This document shows, one piece after another, positions 18,170-27,093 of a stretch of 60,054 bases of DNA. A program made the translations under genes and the position numbers. Source of the DNA: Abditibacteriaceae bacterium (GTDB lineage Bacteria > Armatimonadota > Abditibacteriia > Abditibacteriales > Abditibacteriaceae); assembly GCA_031425655.1 (NCBI GenBank), contig JANPJS010000108.1:1-60054 (forward strand), in the 5' to 3' direction. Below the pieces are notes generated by a model. That model saw only the letters and a program-made list of their open reading frames with translations, was not told the origin of the DNA and did no database searches. The stretch's first letter is position 1; every line of letters starts with the position of its first letter.

Positions 18170-21091
18170 TTACACCGCCGTCGCAATCTCGCCGCACAAA
18201 GCCGTAAAAGCGCGGCGCACCAGAGCGCGTTCGTCGGCTAAAAACGCCACGGCCTGCTCGTGCGGCGGCAATCCGAGGGCATGACGCGCCCGCGCCACGG
18301 CCAAGTGCAGCTGCCACGTCCAATCTTCGCGCACGGCGGCACGGGCCGTGGGCGCTTCGCCCGCTCCGCCAAACTCGGTTTGCGTCAGCGCACGCTGCAT
18401 CGGCGCGACCGCGTTGGGCGCCGGGGCTTCGATCAATTTCCAGAGTATTTCCAACACCTGCTGATGCTCTTCGGAGGTTAAAGCGTGCCGAGCCGCGATG
18501 GCTTCGACGGCTAAAGCAATCGCGGTGCGCGCGTTGTGAACCAAGTTCGCCTCGCCGGCTACTTCGTCCAAAAGCCGCAGCGCGGCGGGCGAACCGGCAC
18601 GGCGCAGAAGCGACAAGGCCATCATCCACTGCGGCACACTGCGCTCTGTGAATTTCGTTTCGTTCGGAGCGTGGCGCTTTTCGATTTCACGCAGCAGTCG
18701 CGCTTCCGCGCGCGATTCGTTCCACATCGCGCCAATCGCAGAGGCGCGCCACGAGGCGATTTCGTCGGCCTCGTCGAGTAGCGTCAAAACGCGCTCGCGC
18801 ACCATTTCATCGTCCTGCCCGGCGCGATAAAGGCGCCACGGCGCGACGCCGGCTTCGGCGCTCCGCAACTCGTCCAACCACGCGGCGATGTCTTCCGACG
18901 CAGGTGTGACCACAGCATCGCCCTTCGTATCGGGGCCGAAGGTGTCGCCTTCGGCTTCCTGTTTTTCTAACGCGCCGCTGCTTTCCAACGCGGCGCGCAG
19001 AGTTTCAAAAGGCACACTGCGGCTGGAGCCGTTATTTTGCAGCGCCAGCGATGCCGCGATGCCCGACACTTCGCCGATGCGCTGCATATCGCGCTGCATT
19101 CGTAGCGAGTGGTGCGCATCCTGCGACACGCCCAAAGCGCGGCAGGCCAGCCAGACATTGTCAAGGTTTTGCGGCAGCAAAATGCGATAGGGAATCTCGC
19201 AGCCGGTTCGTCCGCGCCACTGCCCGCAAACCCAGACCCAGAACAAGCCTTCGTCGCTTTCAAACTCGTAATCGGAGGCGTGGTTATCGTAGTGGCAGCC
19301 GGTCAAGCCGACGGAATCCGCAAAAGCGCGGCGTTCGATAAGGTCGGAAAGTTCCAGCGTATAATCGGTAATAATGTGGCGCGATTGGCGCAGGCCAAGC
19401 GCCGGAGCGATATAAGTTGGACGCTCGATTTCGGCGTATTCGCGCTGCAAATACTGGCCGATGCCTTCAATGCGGGCGCGCGTTAAATCTTCGCTGTCGG
19501 TCGGGTCAACAAAACCGGCGTCGAAGTTGATGACCTGCATGAACGCCTTGTCGTTTTTCAAATTGGCGCGCCCCGACGATTGTGAATAAGCGTGCAAAAG
19601 TCCGTCGCCGTCGCGCCCAAAACGCACGCCGGCGCCGGCCCTCGCCGCTAAATCGCCGTCGCCTGTGCTGTCAATCCACGCTGCTGCGGCAAGGCGAATC
19701 GGGCCGTGCGGCGTGGCCAAAAGCGCGTGCGTCACGCGCTGGCCGTCGCGCTGCACATCGAGCAAGGTCGCGCCAAACATCAAGTTCACGCCGCTTTCGC
19801 GCAGCATATTTTCCAGCACGCATTTCTTGGCGTCGGGATGAAAACCCTGAATCTGGCCCGTCGGCGCGAAAAGCGGCATGACATCGCGCTGCCGAACGTC
19901 CAATTCTTCCTGAAGTCCGCCTTTGACGCCGAAATAATACCAGTGAATGCCGCCGCCCGCACCGATGCCGCCGCAAAACGGCAGCGGGTCGAACGCCAAA
20001 ACTGCGCCGCCGTGCCGCGCCGCCGCTAAAGCCGCGAGAGCGCCGCCAGTTCCCGCGCCGGCGACCGCGATTTCGCACGATTCCTCGCGCCAGTGAATTT
20101 CGCCCGCGAAAGCGCGATTTTGAGGCGCGGCGCGCGGCAAATCGAAGGCGCGGCGCGCGGCGTGCGCGCCGATTTCAAAGCGCCCGGCCAAAAACGATTC
20201 CGCCGTGCCGCGCCGCATCCACGGACTGGCCGCAATCACATTCGGCGGCACCGGCTGCAACTGCGTCACGCGCGAAAATATATCCAACGGCTCAACGCTG
20301 CCGTGTGTGAGAACTGCTTCGCGCATGGCGTCGGGAAAGGCCGCGTGCAAGGCTTGCAAAGCCGGAATCCACAGGCCGCGCAGCATCGCTCCGTATTCTT
20401 CGCCCGCGCCGCTCACCGTTAATGTCAGGCAGCGTTCGTTGGGCCACAACGACCTGTTCCATTCCAATCGGACGCCGGCAATCGGCTGATTTTCCAGCGC
20501 GCCAAGCGGAAAATCGGGCCACGCGGCGTGACGAAAATACAAATTGACAAGGCGCATCAAGCGAATGGGATTTTGCCAGTCGCGTTTTTGCGCCCTTGCG
20601 AAAAGTTGAAGCAATTCGCCGCTATCCGTTGCGTCAATCCATTGCTTGGCCGCCACGCGCCGCAAGCCGCCTTTGGTGCCGATTAAAACCGCGTCTAACA
20701 ACTCGCCGCGCATGGTGTCGCCGCCTTCCAAAGCCAGCGGCGCCGCGTAATACAGCGTTTGCAGCTTGCCTTCGCGGCGCATTTGCCGCGCCCAATTTGT
20801 CGCCACGACTTCGGCAATCGCGCCGTCAATGCGCCCATTTTCCGCTGCTCCCGCCGCTTTCAATTCGTCGCACCAATCGCGCCACAGGATGCCGTTGACA
20901 TCGCCCGCGATGGAGGCGAACGACCAGCCGCTTTCGACTAACAACGCCGCGCGGCGGTCTATGAGCAGCACTTTTCGGCCTTCTTCGATTAAAGCGCGGG
21001 CGGCGGCGAAGCCGGAATAACCGGCGCCGAAAATCGCCACGTCGTGAACTTGATCGAAGACCGAATGAAAAGAAGCAGAAGAATCGGGCAT
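18170..21091 (-). CDS. FAD-dependent oxidoreductase with tandem FAD-binding domains
   Basis: GAGYSG and GAGTGG Rossmann motifs, IDATDSG / IDSTGDGD, EIPYRILLP. Confidence 0.8.
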   Translation of the reverse strand: MPDSSASFHSVFDQVHDVAIFGAGYSGFAAARALIEEGRKVLLIDRRAALLVESGWSFASIAGDVNGILWRDWCDELKAAGAAENGRIDGAIAEVVATNWARQMRREGKLQTLYYAAPLALEGGDTMRGELLDAVLIGTKGGLRRVAAKQWIDATDSGELLQLFARAQKRDWQNPIRLMRLVNLYFRHAAWPDFPLGALENQPIAGVRLEWNRSLWPNERCLTLTVSGAGEEYGAMLRGLWIPALQALHAAFPDAMREAVLTHGSVEPLDIFSRVTQLQPVPPNVIAASPWMRRGTAESFLAGRFEIGAHAARRAFDLPRAAPQNRAFAGEIHWREESCEIAVAGAGTGGALAALAAARHGGAVLAFDPLPFCGGIGAGGGIHWYYFGVKGGLQEELDVRQRDVMPLFAPTGQIQGFHPDAKKCVLENMLRESGVNLMFGATLLDVQRDGQRVTHALLATPHGPIRLAAAAWIDSTGDGDLAARAGAGVRFGRDGDGLLHAYSQSSGRANLKNDKAFMQVINFDAGFVDPTDSEDLTRARIEGIGQYLQREYAEIERPTYIAPALGLRQSRHIITDYTLELSDLIERRAFADSVGLTGCHYDNHASDYEFESDEGLFWVWVCGQWRGRTGCEIPYRILLPQNLDNVWLACRALGVSQDAHHSLRMQRDMQRIGEVSGIAASLALQNNGSSRSVPFETLRAALESSGALEKQEAEGDTFGPDTKGDAVVTPASEDIAAWLDELRSAEAGVAPWRLYRAGQDDEMVRERVLTLLDEADEIASWRASAIGAMWNESRAEARLLREIEKRHAPNETKFTERSVPQWMMALSLLRRAGSPAALRLLDEVAGEANLVHNARTAIALAVEAIAARHALTSEEHQQVLEILWKLIEAPAPNAVAPMQRALTQTEFGGAGEAPTARAAVREDWTWQLHLAVARARHALGLPPHEQAVAFLADERALVRRAFTALCGEIATAV

Positions 21092-21171
21092 GAAGAAAAC
21101 CTCGGCGGCAGTTTAGGGCAAATTTCACAGGCTTCGCTGTTCGTGCTATAAACCACTTACCGGGAGAAAAT

Positions 21172-21567
21172 ATGAAACGACAGAATTACGCGACGGGATC
21201 GAAGTGGGAGCCGATAATCGGCTATTCGCGCGCGGTGCGAGTCGGGGCGTTCGTTCAGGTTTCGGGCACGACGGCGTCGGGCGAAGGCGGCGTTTTCGTC
21301 GGCGAGGGCGACGTTTACGCGCAAACCGTGCAGATTTTGAAGAATATCGAAGCCGCTTTGCGCGGCGTTGGCGCCGAACTTAGAGACGTGACGCGCACGC
21401 GCATTTACACCACCAACATCGCGGAATGGGAGCTTATTGGCCGCGCGCACGGCGAGGTATTCGGCGAAATTCGCCCGGCCACGGCGATGGTCGAAGTCAG
21501 CAAATTGATTTCGCCGGAAATTCTCGTGGAAATCGAAGCCGAAGCCATCATCGCCGACGAGGATTGA
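21172..21567 (+). CDS. RidA/YjgF family protein
   Basis: WEPIIGYSRAVR, VSGTT, RPATAMVEV, VEIEAEA. Confidence 0.92.
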   Translation: MKRQNYATGSKWEPIIGYSRAVRVGAFVQVSGTTASGEGGVFVGEGDVYAQTVQILKNIEAALRGVGAELRDVTRTRIYTTNIAEWELIGRAHGEVFGEIRPATAMVEVSKLISPEILVEIEAEAIIADED

Positions 21568-21590
21568 AAATGGAAGGCGGTGCTTGCGCC

Positions 21591-21747
21591 CAATGGCATT
21601 AAGTTAAGCAATTGCGAAACGTAGCTTCCCTCCCTCCGGGAGGTATTGAGGGAGGGCAAGACGGCGGCTTTGCCGCCGTCAACCCCCACCTAACCTCCCC
21701 CAAAGGGGAGGAACTACGCCTCGGAATGCCTTAACTTAATGCCATTG
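21591..21747. mobile_element. Non-autonomous MITE with IS4-like ends
   Basis: Perfect 18-bp TIR caatggcattaagttaag (similar to the IS4 end TAATGCCGATCAGTTAAG); degenerate 10-bp flanking duplication tgcttgcgcc/ggctgacgcc. Confidence 0.75.
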
Positions 21748-21808
21748 GGCTGACGCCCTCTTCCAAACGAGTCGGCTTACTTTGTTTGGAAGAGGGCGCA
21801 GCCCCGCC
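21748..21808. repeat. REP-like palindrome, family C, interrupted by the MITE
   Basis: ggctgacgccctcttccaaac ... gtttggaagagggcgcagccccgcc. Confidence 0.75.
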
Positions 21809-21831
21809 CCACCAGATTGCGCTAATCCCTT

Positions 21832-23121
21832 TTATTTATCGGCGGGTTTGGCCAAATGTTCGGCGTCAATCGTGAAACCGAAAAAGGCGATGCACATTTC
21901 GTCTCTGGTTTCTTCGCCCCAGCCTGTGAGGCGCGGCGGATTGCTGGGATTTCGCGGGTTGTCCGTCGAGTTGTCGTAGTGCGCGACAAGGCTGATCATC
22001 GAGCCGGCGGGTATTTTCACTGGCTCTTTGAAAGTGTAAGTCGTTTGCCAGTTGAAATCCCAGTCGGGCACGCGCACTAAGTCCTTTCTTGTGCCGTCGG
22101 GCAGCGTGGCCCAGACCGTCATGTCGCGCGCCAAAAGGTGCATATGCGGCGCAATGCTCAGCACGGTGGCGTCTATCGGCGAGGGAAAACTGGCTTTGAC
22201 TTCGTGGTTTTTTTCGCCCGGCGGAATGCTGAGAATCAGCGGCGCTAAAGGCAGAATGCGCAGCTCTTTATCAACCGGGCCTTCGCAAAAATAAAGGCCG
22301 ATTTTGCTGCGATCTATTTCTTCTTTGCCGCTGCGATGATAATGCACTTGCAGCACGATGTCGGCGCCTTTGGGCAAGCGACTGCCGACGCCCTGCGGCA
22401 AACGACGCGGCAAATTGCCCGGCGCCCAGCCGCCTAACGTGCCGACGGGCGTAAATCCGGGGCCGCCAAACGAGGTGTAGCCCGGCCCGGCATCCGCCGC
22501 GTCTTTTTTGCGCGCCTGTCCGCTGGTATCAAGATAAACGATGACGTGATGCACGACGGCGCGATTGCCCGGACGCACTTCCATCGCCGAAACCCAGCGG
22601 TCTTCGGCGAAGCTGGACGGCACCACGAAACAGCGATAAATATCCTCGCCTTCAGCGCCCAACGTATAGCTCTCGCTCGGCTCGACGACTAAATCGGGCG
22701 TTCCCGATTGCCAACCGCTGGCAAACTTCGGGGCCGGCGGCAAATCGGCGGCTTTGCCTTCGGGCGCGCCGTCGTTGGCCCATTGCTGAATCAGGCCGAT
22801 TTCCTGCGCGCTCAAACGCCGCGCGTCGTGGAATTTTTCCTTGCCTTCGTCGGCCTTCCACGGCGGCATCGAACGGTCGCCGGTCACGCGCGCAATGAGT
22901 TTTGCGTGCTTTTTTACGTCCTTATAACTTTGCAGCGTAAACGGCGCGACTTCGCCGGGACGGTGGCAAGTCGAGCAATTCTCGAAGACAATCGGCGCAA
23001 TCTGTTTATTGAACGTCACGCTGCCTTTAGCCACGGGAACGTAGACCGGCTCGTCGGCGGCCAAAACGGGCAGAGCAGCGACCAAACTGAGCGCCGCCAG
23101 CCAAAATTTTGCATAAGTCAT
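21832..23121 (-). CDS. Exported cytochrome c + copper type II (PHM/DBH-like) monooxygenase domain protein
   Basis: Signal peptide, CSTCH heme motif, VVHHVI, QVHYH, PHMHL, DEMC. Confidence 0.85.
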   Translation of the reverse strand: MTYAKFWLAALSLVAALPVLAADEPVYVPVAKGSVTFNKQIAPIVFENCSTCHRPGEVAPFTLQSYKDVKKHAKLIARVTGDRSMPPWKADEGKEKFHDARRLSAQEIGLIQQWANDGAPEGKAADLPPAPKFASGWQSGTPDLVVEPSESYTLGAEGEDIYRCFVVPSSFAEDRWVSAMEVRPGNRAVVHHVIVYLDTSGQARKKDAADAGPGYTSFGGPGFTPVGTLGGWAPGNLPRRLPQGVGSRLPKGADIVLQVHYHRSGKEEIDRSKIGLYFCEGPVDKELRILPLAPLILSIPPGEKNHEVKASFPSPIDATVLSIAPHMHLLARDMTVWATLPDGTRKDLVRVPDWDFNWQTTYTFKEPVKIPAGSMISLVAHYDNSTDNPRNPSNPPRLTGWGEETRDEMCIAFFGFTIDAEHLAKPADK

Positions 23122-23136
23122 CGGAAAATTCTCCTG

Positions 23137-23736
23137 TTATTGCGGGGCGTTGGCGGGCGCCATTCCGGCTGCCGCATTCGATAAAGTGCCGAAAAACGCG
23201 CCGGTAACGCCACCGATAAACCCGGTTTCGTCGCCGGTGAAGCCCATTAAGGATAAAAACGCGGCCAAACGCGGCTTTTTCGTGAATCCGATTTCCGCAT
23301 CAAGGTCAACAAGCTGCTCTTTGCGGCGTTCCCTGGCTTTGGTTTCGGCGGCTTTCAAAGCGGCCATCAAAAGCGTGATTTCCTGATCGGCGGTCGCGTT
23401 GTTGATAAGCGCCTGCGAGATTTTGCGATGCGCCTCGCGCACCGGCTCCAACGATTTTTCCTGCTGGTAAGCGAAGTCTACAACGGCGTCCTGCAACGCT
23501 TTATCGTTGTAATTCAGCCTGTCAAGCGAACCGCGCAGAACCTGCTCGACCATCTTTTGCCCAGCCTCGCGGCGCTGTTCGGGCGTCATTTTTTGCCAGT
23601 CGGCGCCGCCGGGAAACGGCAGCGCAATCGCTGGATTAGCGCCTTTTGGCTGGTTACCCACGTTGGGCTGCGCCTGCGCCGTTGCGGCACCGATCATGGC
23701 GAAAGCCACGGTAAGAACACGAACTTTGATTTTCAT
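23137..23736 (-). CDS. Exported helical hypothetical protein
   Basis: Signal peptide ending AQA, helical Spy-like character; co-oriented in the operon. Confidence 0.7.
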   Translation of the reverse strand: MKIKVRVLTVAFAMIGAATAQAQPNVGNQPKGANPAIALPFPGGADWQKMTPEQRREAGQKMVEQVLRGSLDRLNYNDKALQDAVVDFAYQQEKSLEPVREAHRKISQALINNATADQEITLLMAALKAAETKARERRKEQLVDLDAEIGFTKKPRLAAFLSLMGFTGDETGFIGGVTGAFFGTLSNAAAGMAPANAPQ

Positions 23737-23746
23737 GATTTTCTCT

Positions 23747-24325
23747 TTACTTCGCTGCGGCGAAGTCCGAAATATAGCAGCCAAAAGCCTTAGTTATCGG
23801 CTGCGCGACGGCTTTGCCGCCTAAAATCGCGTCTAAGGCATCGCGTAAATCGTGCGTCGTGGCCTGCGCGCGGCGCTTGCCCAAACCGGCGTAAAGGTCG
23901 TTGATGCGTCCCAGATAGCGGCGCTTGCCGTCGGGCGTGAAAACCGCGACTTCCGGCGTGATCGTCGCGCCCGCCAAATGCGCCAATTGCTGTTTGCCGT
24001 CAAGCAGCGCCGGGCGGGGATAACCAAACGCCGCGATGTGTTCGCGCGCTTTTTTCGCCGTCAAATCCGGCTCGATGTAGACAATATGAAACGCCACCTT
24101 TTTCGGCGCATACACTTGCACCACGCGCTTGATTTCGGGCGCATATTGATTGGAAATCGGGCACTCGTGCGCCACGAACAACAGCACGACAGCTTTGTGA
24201 TCCTTGCCGCCGAACGGCTTGATTTTCGCGCCGTCCACGCTCGCAATTTCCACCTGCCGCACGTCCGGCGGCGCGGCCAAAACCGGCAGCGCGCTCAAAG
24301 CCAAAAGTAAAAATAATCTCAACAC
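23747..24325 (-). CDS. Exported redoxin (AhpC/TSA-like)
   Basis: VLLFVAHECPIS, GATITPEV, YLGRIND, GCYI; GTG start with GGAG SD. Confidence 0.85.
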   Translation of the reverse strand: MLRLFLLLALSALPVLAAPPDVRQVEIASVDGAKIKPFGGKDHKAVVLLFVAHECPISNQYAPEIKRVVQVYAPKKVAFHIVYIEPDLTAKKAREHIAAFGYPRPALLDGKQQLAHLAGATITPEVAVFTPDGKRRYLGRINDLYAGLGKRRAQATTHDLRDALDAILGGKAVAQPITKAFGCYISDFAAAK

Positions 24326-24343
24326 GGCATCTCCAGATAGATA

Positions 24344-24363
24344 TAATGATAGATGTATCACTA
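24344..24363. promoter_or_regulatory. Candidate TetR-family operator
   Basis: Imperfect palindrome taatgatagatgtatcacta in the divergent intergenic region. Confidence 0.55.
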
Positions 24364-24431
24364 AGCGTTTGCAAGGGCCGGGGCTTAGCTGCGGAAAAAG
24401 TTTTGTGCGTCTTTGAACGCATGGTTCGGTT

Positions 24432-25082
24432 ATGAGTTCAGCGATTTCGAGCGACATAGAAATTCCGGCGCGCCGCCAGCGCGGCACGCGCGAAGCCACG
24501 CGCGAGCGTTTGGTGCAGGCGGCCATTGAGTTGATTCGCAAGGGCGGCATCAGCGCGGTTTCGACAGTGAGCGTGACACAGGCGGCGGGTTTCGCGCAGT
24601 CGAGCTTTTATATGCACTTCGCAAACATGGATGAGTGCTTGAACGCGGCGGCGGAGAAAGTCGGCGCGGAAATGCGAACTTTTATTGCCACGCATCGCCG
24701 CCAAACGCAAGAACGCGGCGAAAAAGATCATTTTCAAGCGGTTCTGAACTTGTTTTTGCAAGAACGCCGGTTCGCCGAATTATTGCTGCGCCATCGCCAT
24801 GATTCTTCGCCTTTGGGCCGCGTTTTGGGCCAACTGACCGAGCAGATTCGCGCCGATTTAATCAGCGATTTGTGGCACTTGGCGCAGTCGGTGGGGATTG
24901 GCGAAGAGCATTATCCGCGCGTGGCTTTGCAGTCGGATTTCATTTTGGCCAGCGTTTTTGCGGCGGGCGAAGCCTTGCTCGCCGGTCGCGTCGGGGATGC
25001 TAACCTGGTGGCCGAGGAATTGTCTCTTCTTACCGAAGCCGTTTTCACGGCGACTTACCTTCGTTACGGTAAGAAAGACTGA
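24432..25082 (+). CDS. TetR/AcrR family regulator
   Basis: TRERLVQAAIELI...VTQAAGFAQSSFYMHF HTH. Confidence 0.88.
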   Translation: MSSAISSDIEIPARRQRGTREATRERLVQAAIELIRKGGISAVSTVSVTQAAGFAQSSFYMHFANMDECLNAAAEKVGAEMRTFIATHRRQTQERGEKDHFQAVLNLFLQERRFAELLLRHRHDSSPLGRVLGQLTEQIRADLISDLWHLAQSVGIGEEHYPRVALQSDFILASVFAAGEALLAGRVGDANLVAEELSLLTEAVFTATYLRYGKKD

Positions 25083-25092
25083 AAAGGCATTG

Positions 25093-25246
25093 AGAGTCTG
25101 TATGCAAATACAGTTATTGCGGTTACGGGTGGCTAAAATCGGCGGTTTTCTGCGGCAATGAGCGCTTAAAATAGCCTCCAAAAGCGCGTTTTAACCTCAT
25201 TTCCCGGCCTGCCAGCCTGCAATAACTGTATTTGCATACAGACTCT
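25093..25246. mobile_element. MITE with 28-bp perfect TIR
   Basis: agagtctgtatgcaaatacagttattgc ... gcaataactgtatttgcatacagactct; no ORF. Confidence 0.8.
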
Positions 25247-25292
25247 AACTCATGTTACGCGGTGAAACTATAGTAGCGGTGCAAAGAGCCAA

Positions 25293-25521
25293 GGCAATCG
25301 CATTAGGATTTTGAAGAGCCAAAGAGAGTGTCATTCCGAGCGAAAAAACGAGCCTCAGCGAGTTTTGGAGTCGAGGAATCTTGCCGTAGCACCGAAAATC
25401 AAGATTCCTCGACCCTGCCCAAAGGGCGCCCGTTAGCTCGTTCCACTCGCAAATCCTGCCCAGAGGGCGCCCGCTCGGAACGACACCCTCTTTGGCTCTT
25501 CAAAATCCTAATGCGATTGCC
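25293..25521. mobile_element. MITE with ~50-bp TIR (GGCAATCGCATTAGGATTTT ends)
   Basis: Arms 25293-25342 and 25472-25521 differ at 2 of 50 positions; a solo end occurs at 12399-12420. Confidence 0.8.
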
Positions 25522-25656
25522 CTACCCAACTTGCTACCTATTCGGTTTTTTTGGAGTGCGCGAACCAGTTCACGCACTCCAGAGGCAACAAGTCGCTTTC
25601 ATTAAAGCGTCTTCCGGCGCTGCTGCTGTGCTTTGGATGAGCTTGTGCGGCGGCAA

Positions 25657-26727
25657 TCATTCGCCGTCGTCCTCGACTGCGGCTAACCACGCGGCGAATT
25701 CAGTAGGAAACTCAACCATGCGCTTATCGAACCATGCAGGCAGCGCCGAATCGTAATAGCCTCCGCGATTGAATTTAGCCTCGAAGTCGTCTACCGACAT
25801 TCCCAGATGAATCGCTAAAATCGAATAGCGCACGCCCAGATTATCGTTCGGATTGGTTTGCAGGAGCTTGCGAAATAAGTCCAAAGCCGCTTCATTCTCG
25901 TCGTTTTCCCAGAGCGTCTGGGCTTTGGCGTGCAAAGCTCGAATGATGTGGCGATTTTCCAGCCAGCCCCACTCCAGACGCTGAGGCCAGTCGCCTTTTT
26001 TGTTGGTAATCACTTTCAAGGCGCGCTGGAAGGCTTCTTCGAGGAGCGCATCGCTTTCGTCGTCACGATCCAAATCGAGCAGTAACTCGCCGAGCATCGC
26101 ATAGGAATCGAAAAAATCAGGGTCATCGGCGATAAGGCGGCGCAAGGCGGCTTCGAGCTGCGGCGCCGAAACGCCACGCCCGGCGCGCTCGTTCAGAGCG
26201 TAAAACTGATGCATCACGGGGCGGTCGCGGTCAATGAACTCTTTTTCACTGGAAAGGCGCTGGCCAAAATGCGGCATTTCGGCGCGGATTTCGTCCAGAG
26301 AAACGCCCGGCAACAGAGCGCCGATGGTTTCCACCATCATGTTTTTCAGTTCGTCCTGCTGCTTTCGCGTGGCTTTAGTGGCGAACTCGCTTTCGAGGTG
26401 ATCCATGCCCAGCCAGAAACGGATGTTGGTTGATTTCTGGCCGGAATTATTGGGCTTCACGCCGAAGATTTCGGCGATGTCCTTGGCGCGAATGTGCGGT
26501 TTTGACGACTTATCGAAGAGAAAATTGGTCGTTCCCAGCGCGTGAATGATCGCCGCCGCCCACGAATTTAAATCGCCGCCAAACGTGGTGAACTTATTTT
26601 GCGCCAATTGCTTGATAACTTTAGCGCACAGCTTTTTGTATTCGGCGTTCAAGTGCGCGTCGCAAAACTCGGCGGTTTTTAGCAGAAGCGCGTCCTGTCG
26701 TTGCTGCAAATCTGTTGAATTAGTCAT
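25657..26727 (-). CDS. DUF6398-like + TPR domain protein
   Basis: WAAAIIHALGTTNFLFDKS (DUF6398-like); WGWLENR...NPNDNLGVRY helical/TPR C-terminus; GGAGG SD. Confidence 0.7.
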   Translation of the reverse strand: MTNSTDLQQRQDALLLKTAEFCDAHLNAEYKKLCAKVIKQLAQNKFTTFGGDLNSWAAAIIHALGTTNFLFDKSSKPHIRAKDIAEIFGVKPNNSGQKSTNIRFWLGMDHLESEFATKATRKQQDELKNMMVETIGALLPGVSLDEIRAEMPHFGQRLSSEKEFIDRDRPVMHQFYALNERAGRGVSAPQLEAALRRLIADDPDFFDSYAMLGELLLDLDRDDESDALLEEAFQRALKVITNKKGDWPQRLEWGWLENRHIIRALHAKAQTLWENDENEAALDLFRKLLQTNPNDNLGVRYSILAIHLGMSVDDFEAKFNRGGYYDSALPAWFDKRMVEFPTEFAAWLAAVEDDGE

Positions 26728-26818
26728 TGGTTCCTCCGAATCCAGTTCAAACCGCCGGCGCAGCGATTTTACAGCAGAAATTGGACTTTCAGAAAGAACT
26801 GGATAAACACGGCCACCG

Positions 26819-26997
26819 CAGCATTTTCATCATCAGGTAATGTTCAATTTGCCGAATGTGCCGTTTTGCGCCAGCGATAATTTCTTCGAGTTGTATCCCG
26901 GCGTGCCGCACACCGTTGAACTACGTTTAGAAGAAAACCTTTCGCAAACGCAGCTCCAAAAGCGGCTTGAAGTGATGTCATATGTGGCCTCACGCAA
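26819..26997 (+). pseudogene. Probable C-terminal remnant of a GH2 beta-mannosidase
   Basis: HQVMFNL...SDNFFELYPGVPHTV resembles the mannosidase C-terminal Ig domain; no catalytic domain upstream. Confidence 0.45.
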
Positions 26998-27093
26998 TTG
27001 CTCTGACCCGGCGCACTCAGGTGCCGGGCTTGGCGCGAGGGCTTGCTATACTTCTCCTGCGCGATAAATTTGGTCGCGGGAGAATCGTTTTTT

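Noticed and set aside
25328..25756. 142-aa ORF
   Set aside because: Reads through MITE sequence and overlaps the next gene's end; no transposase motif.
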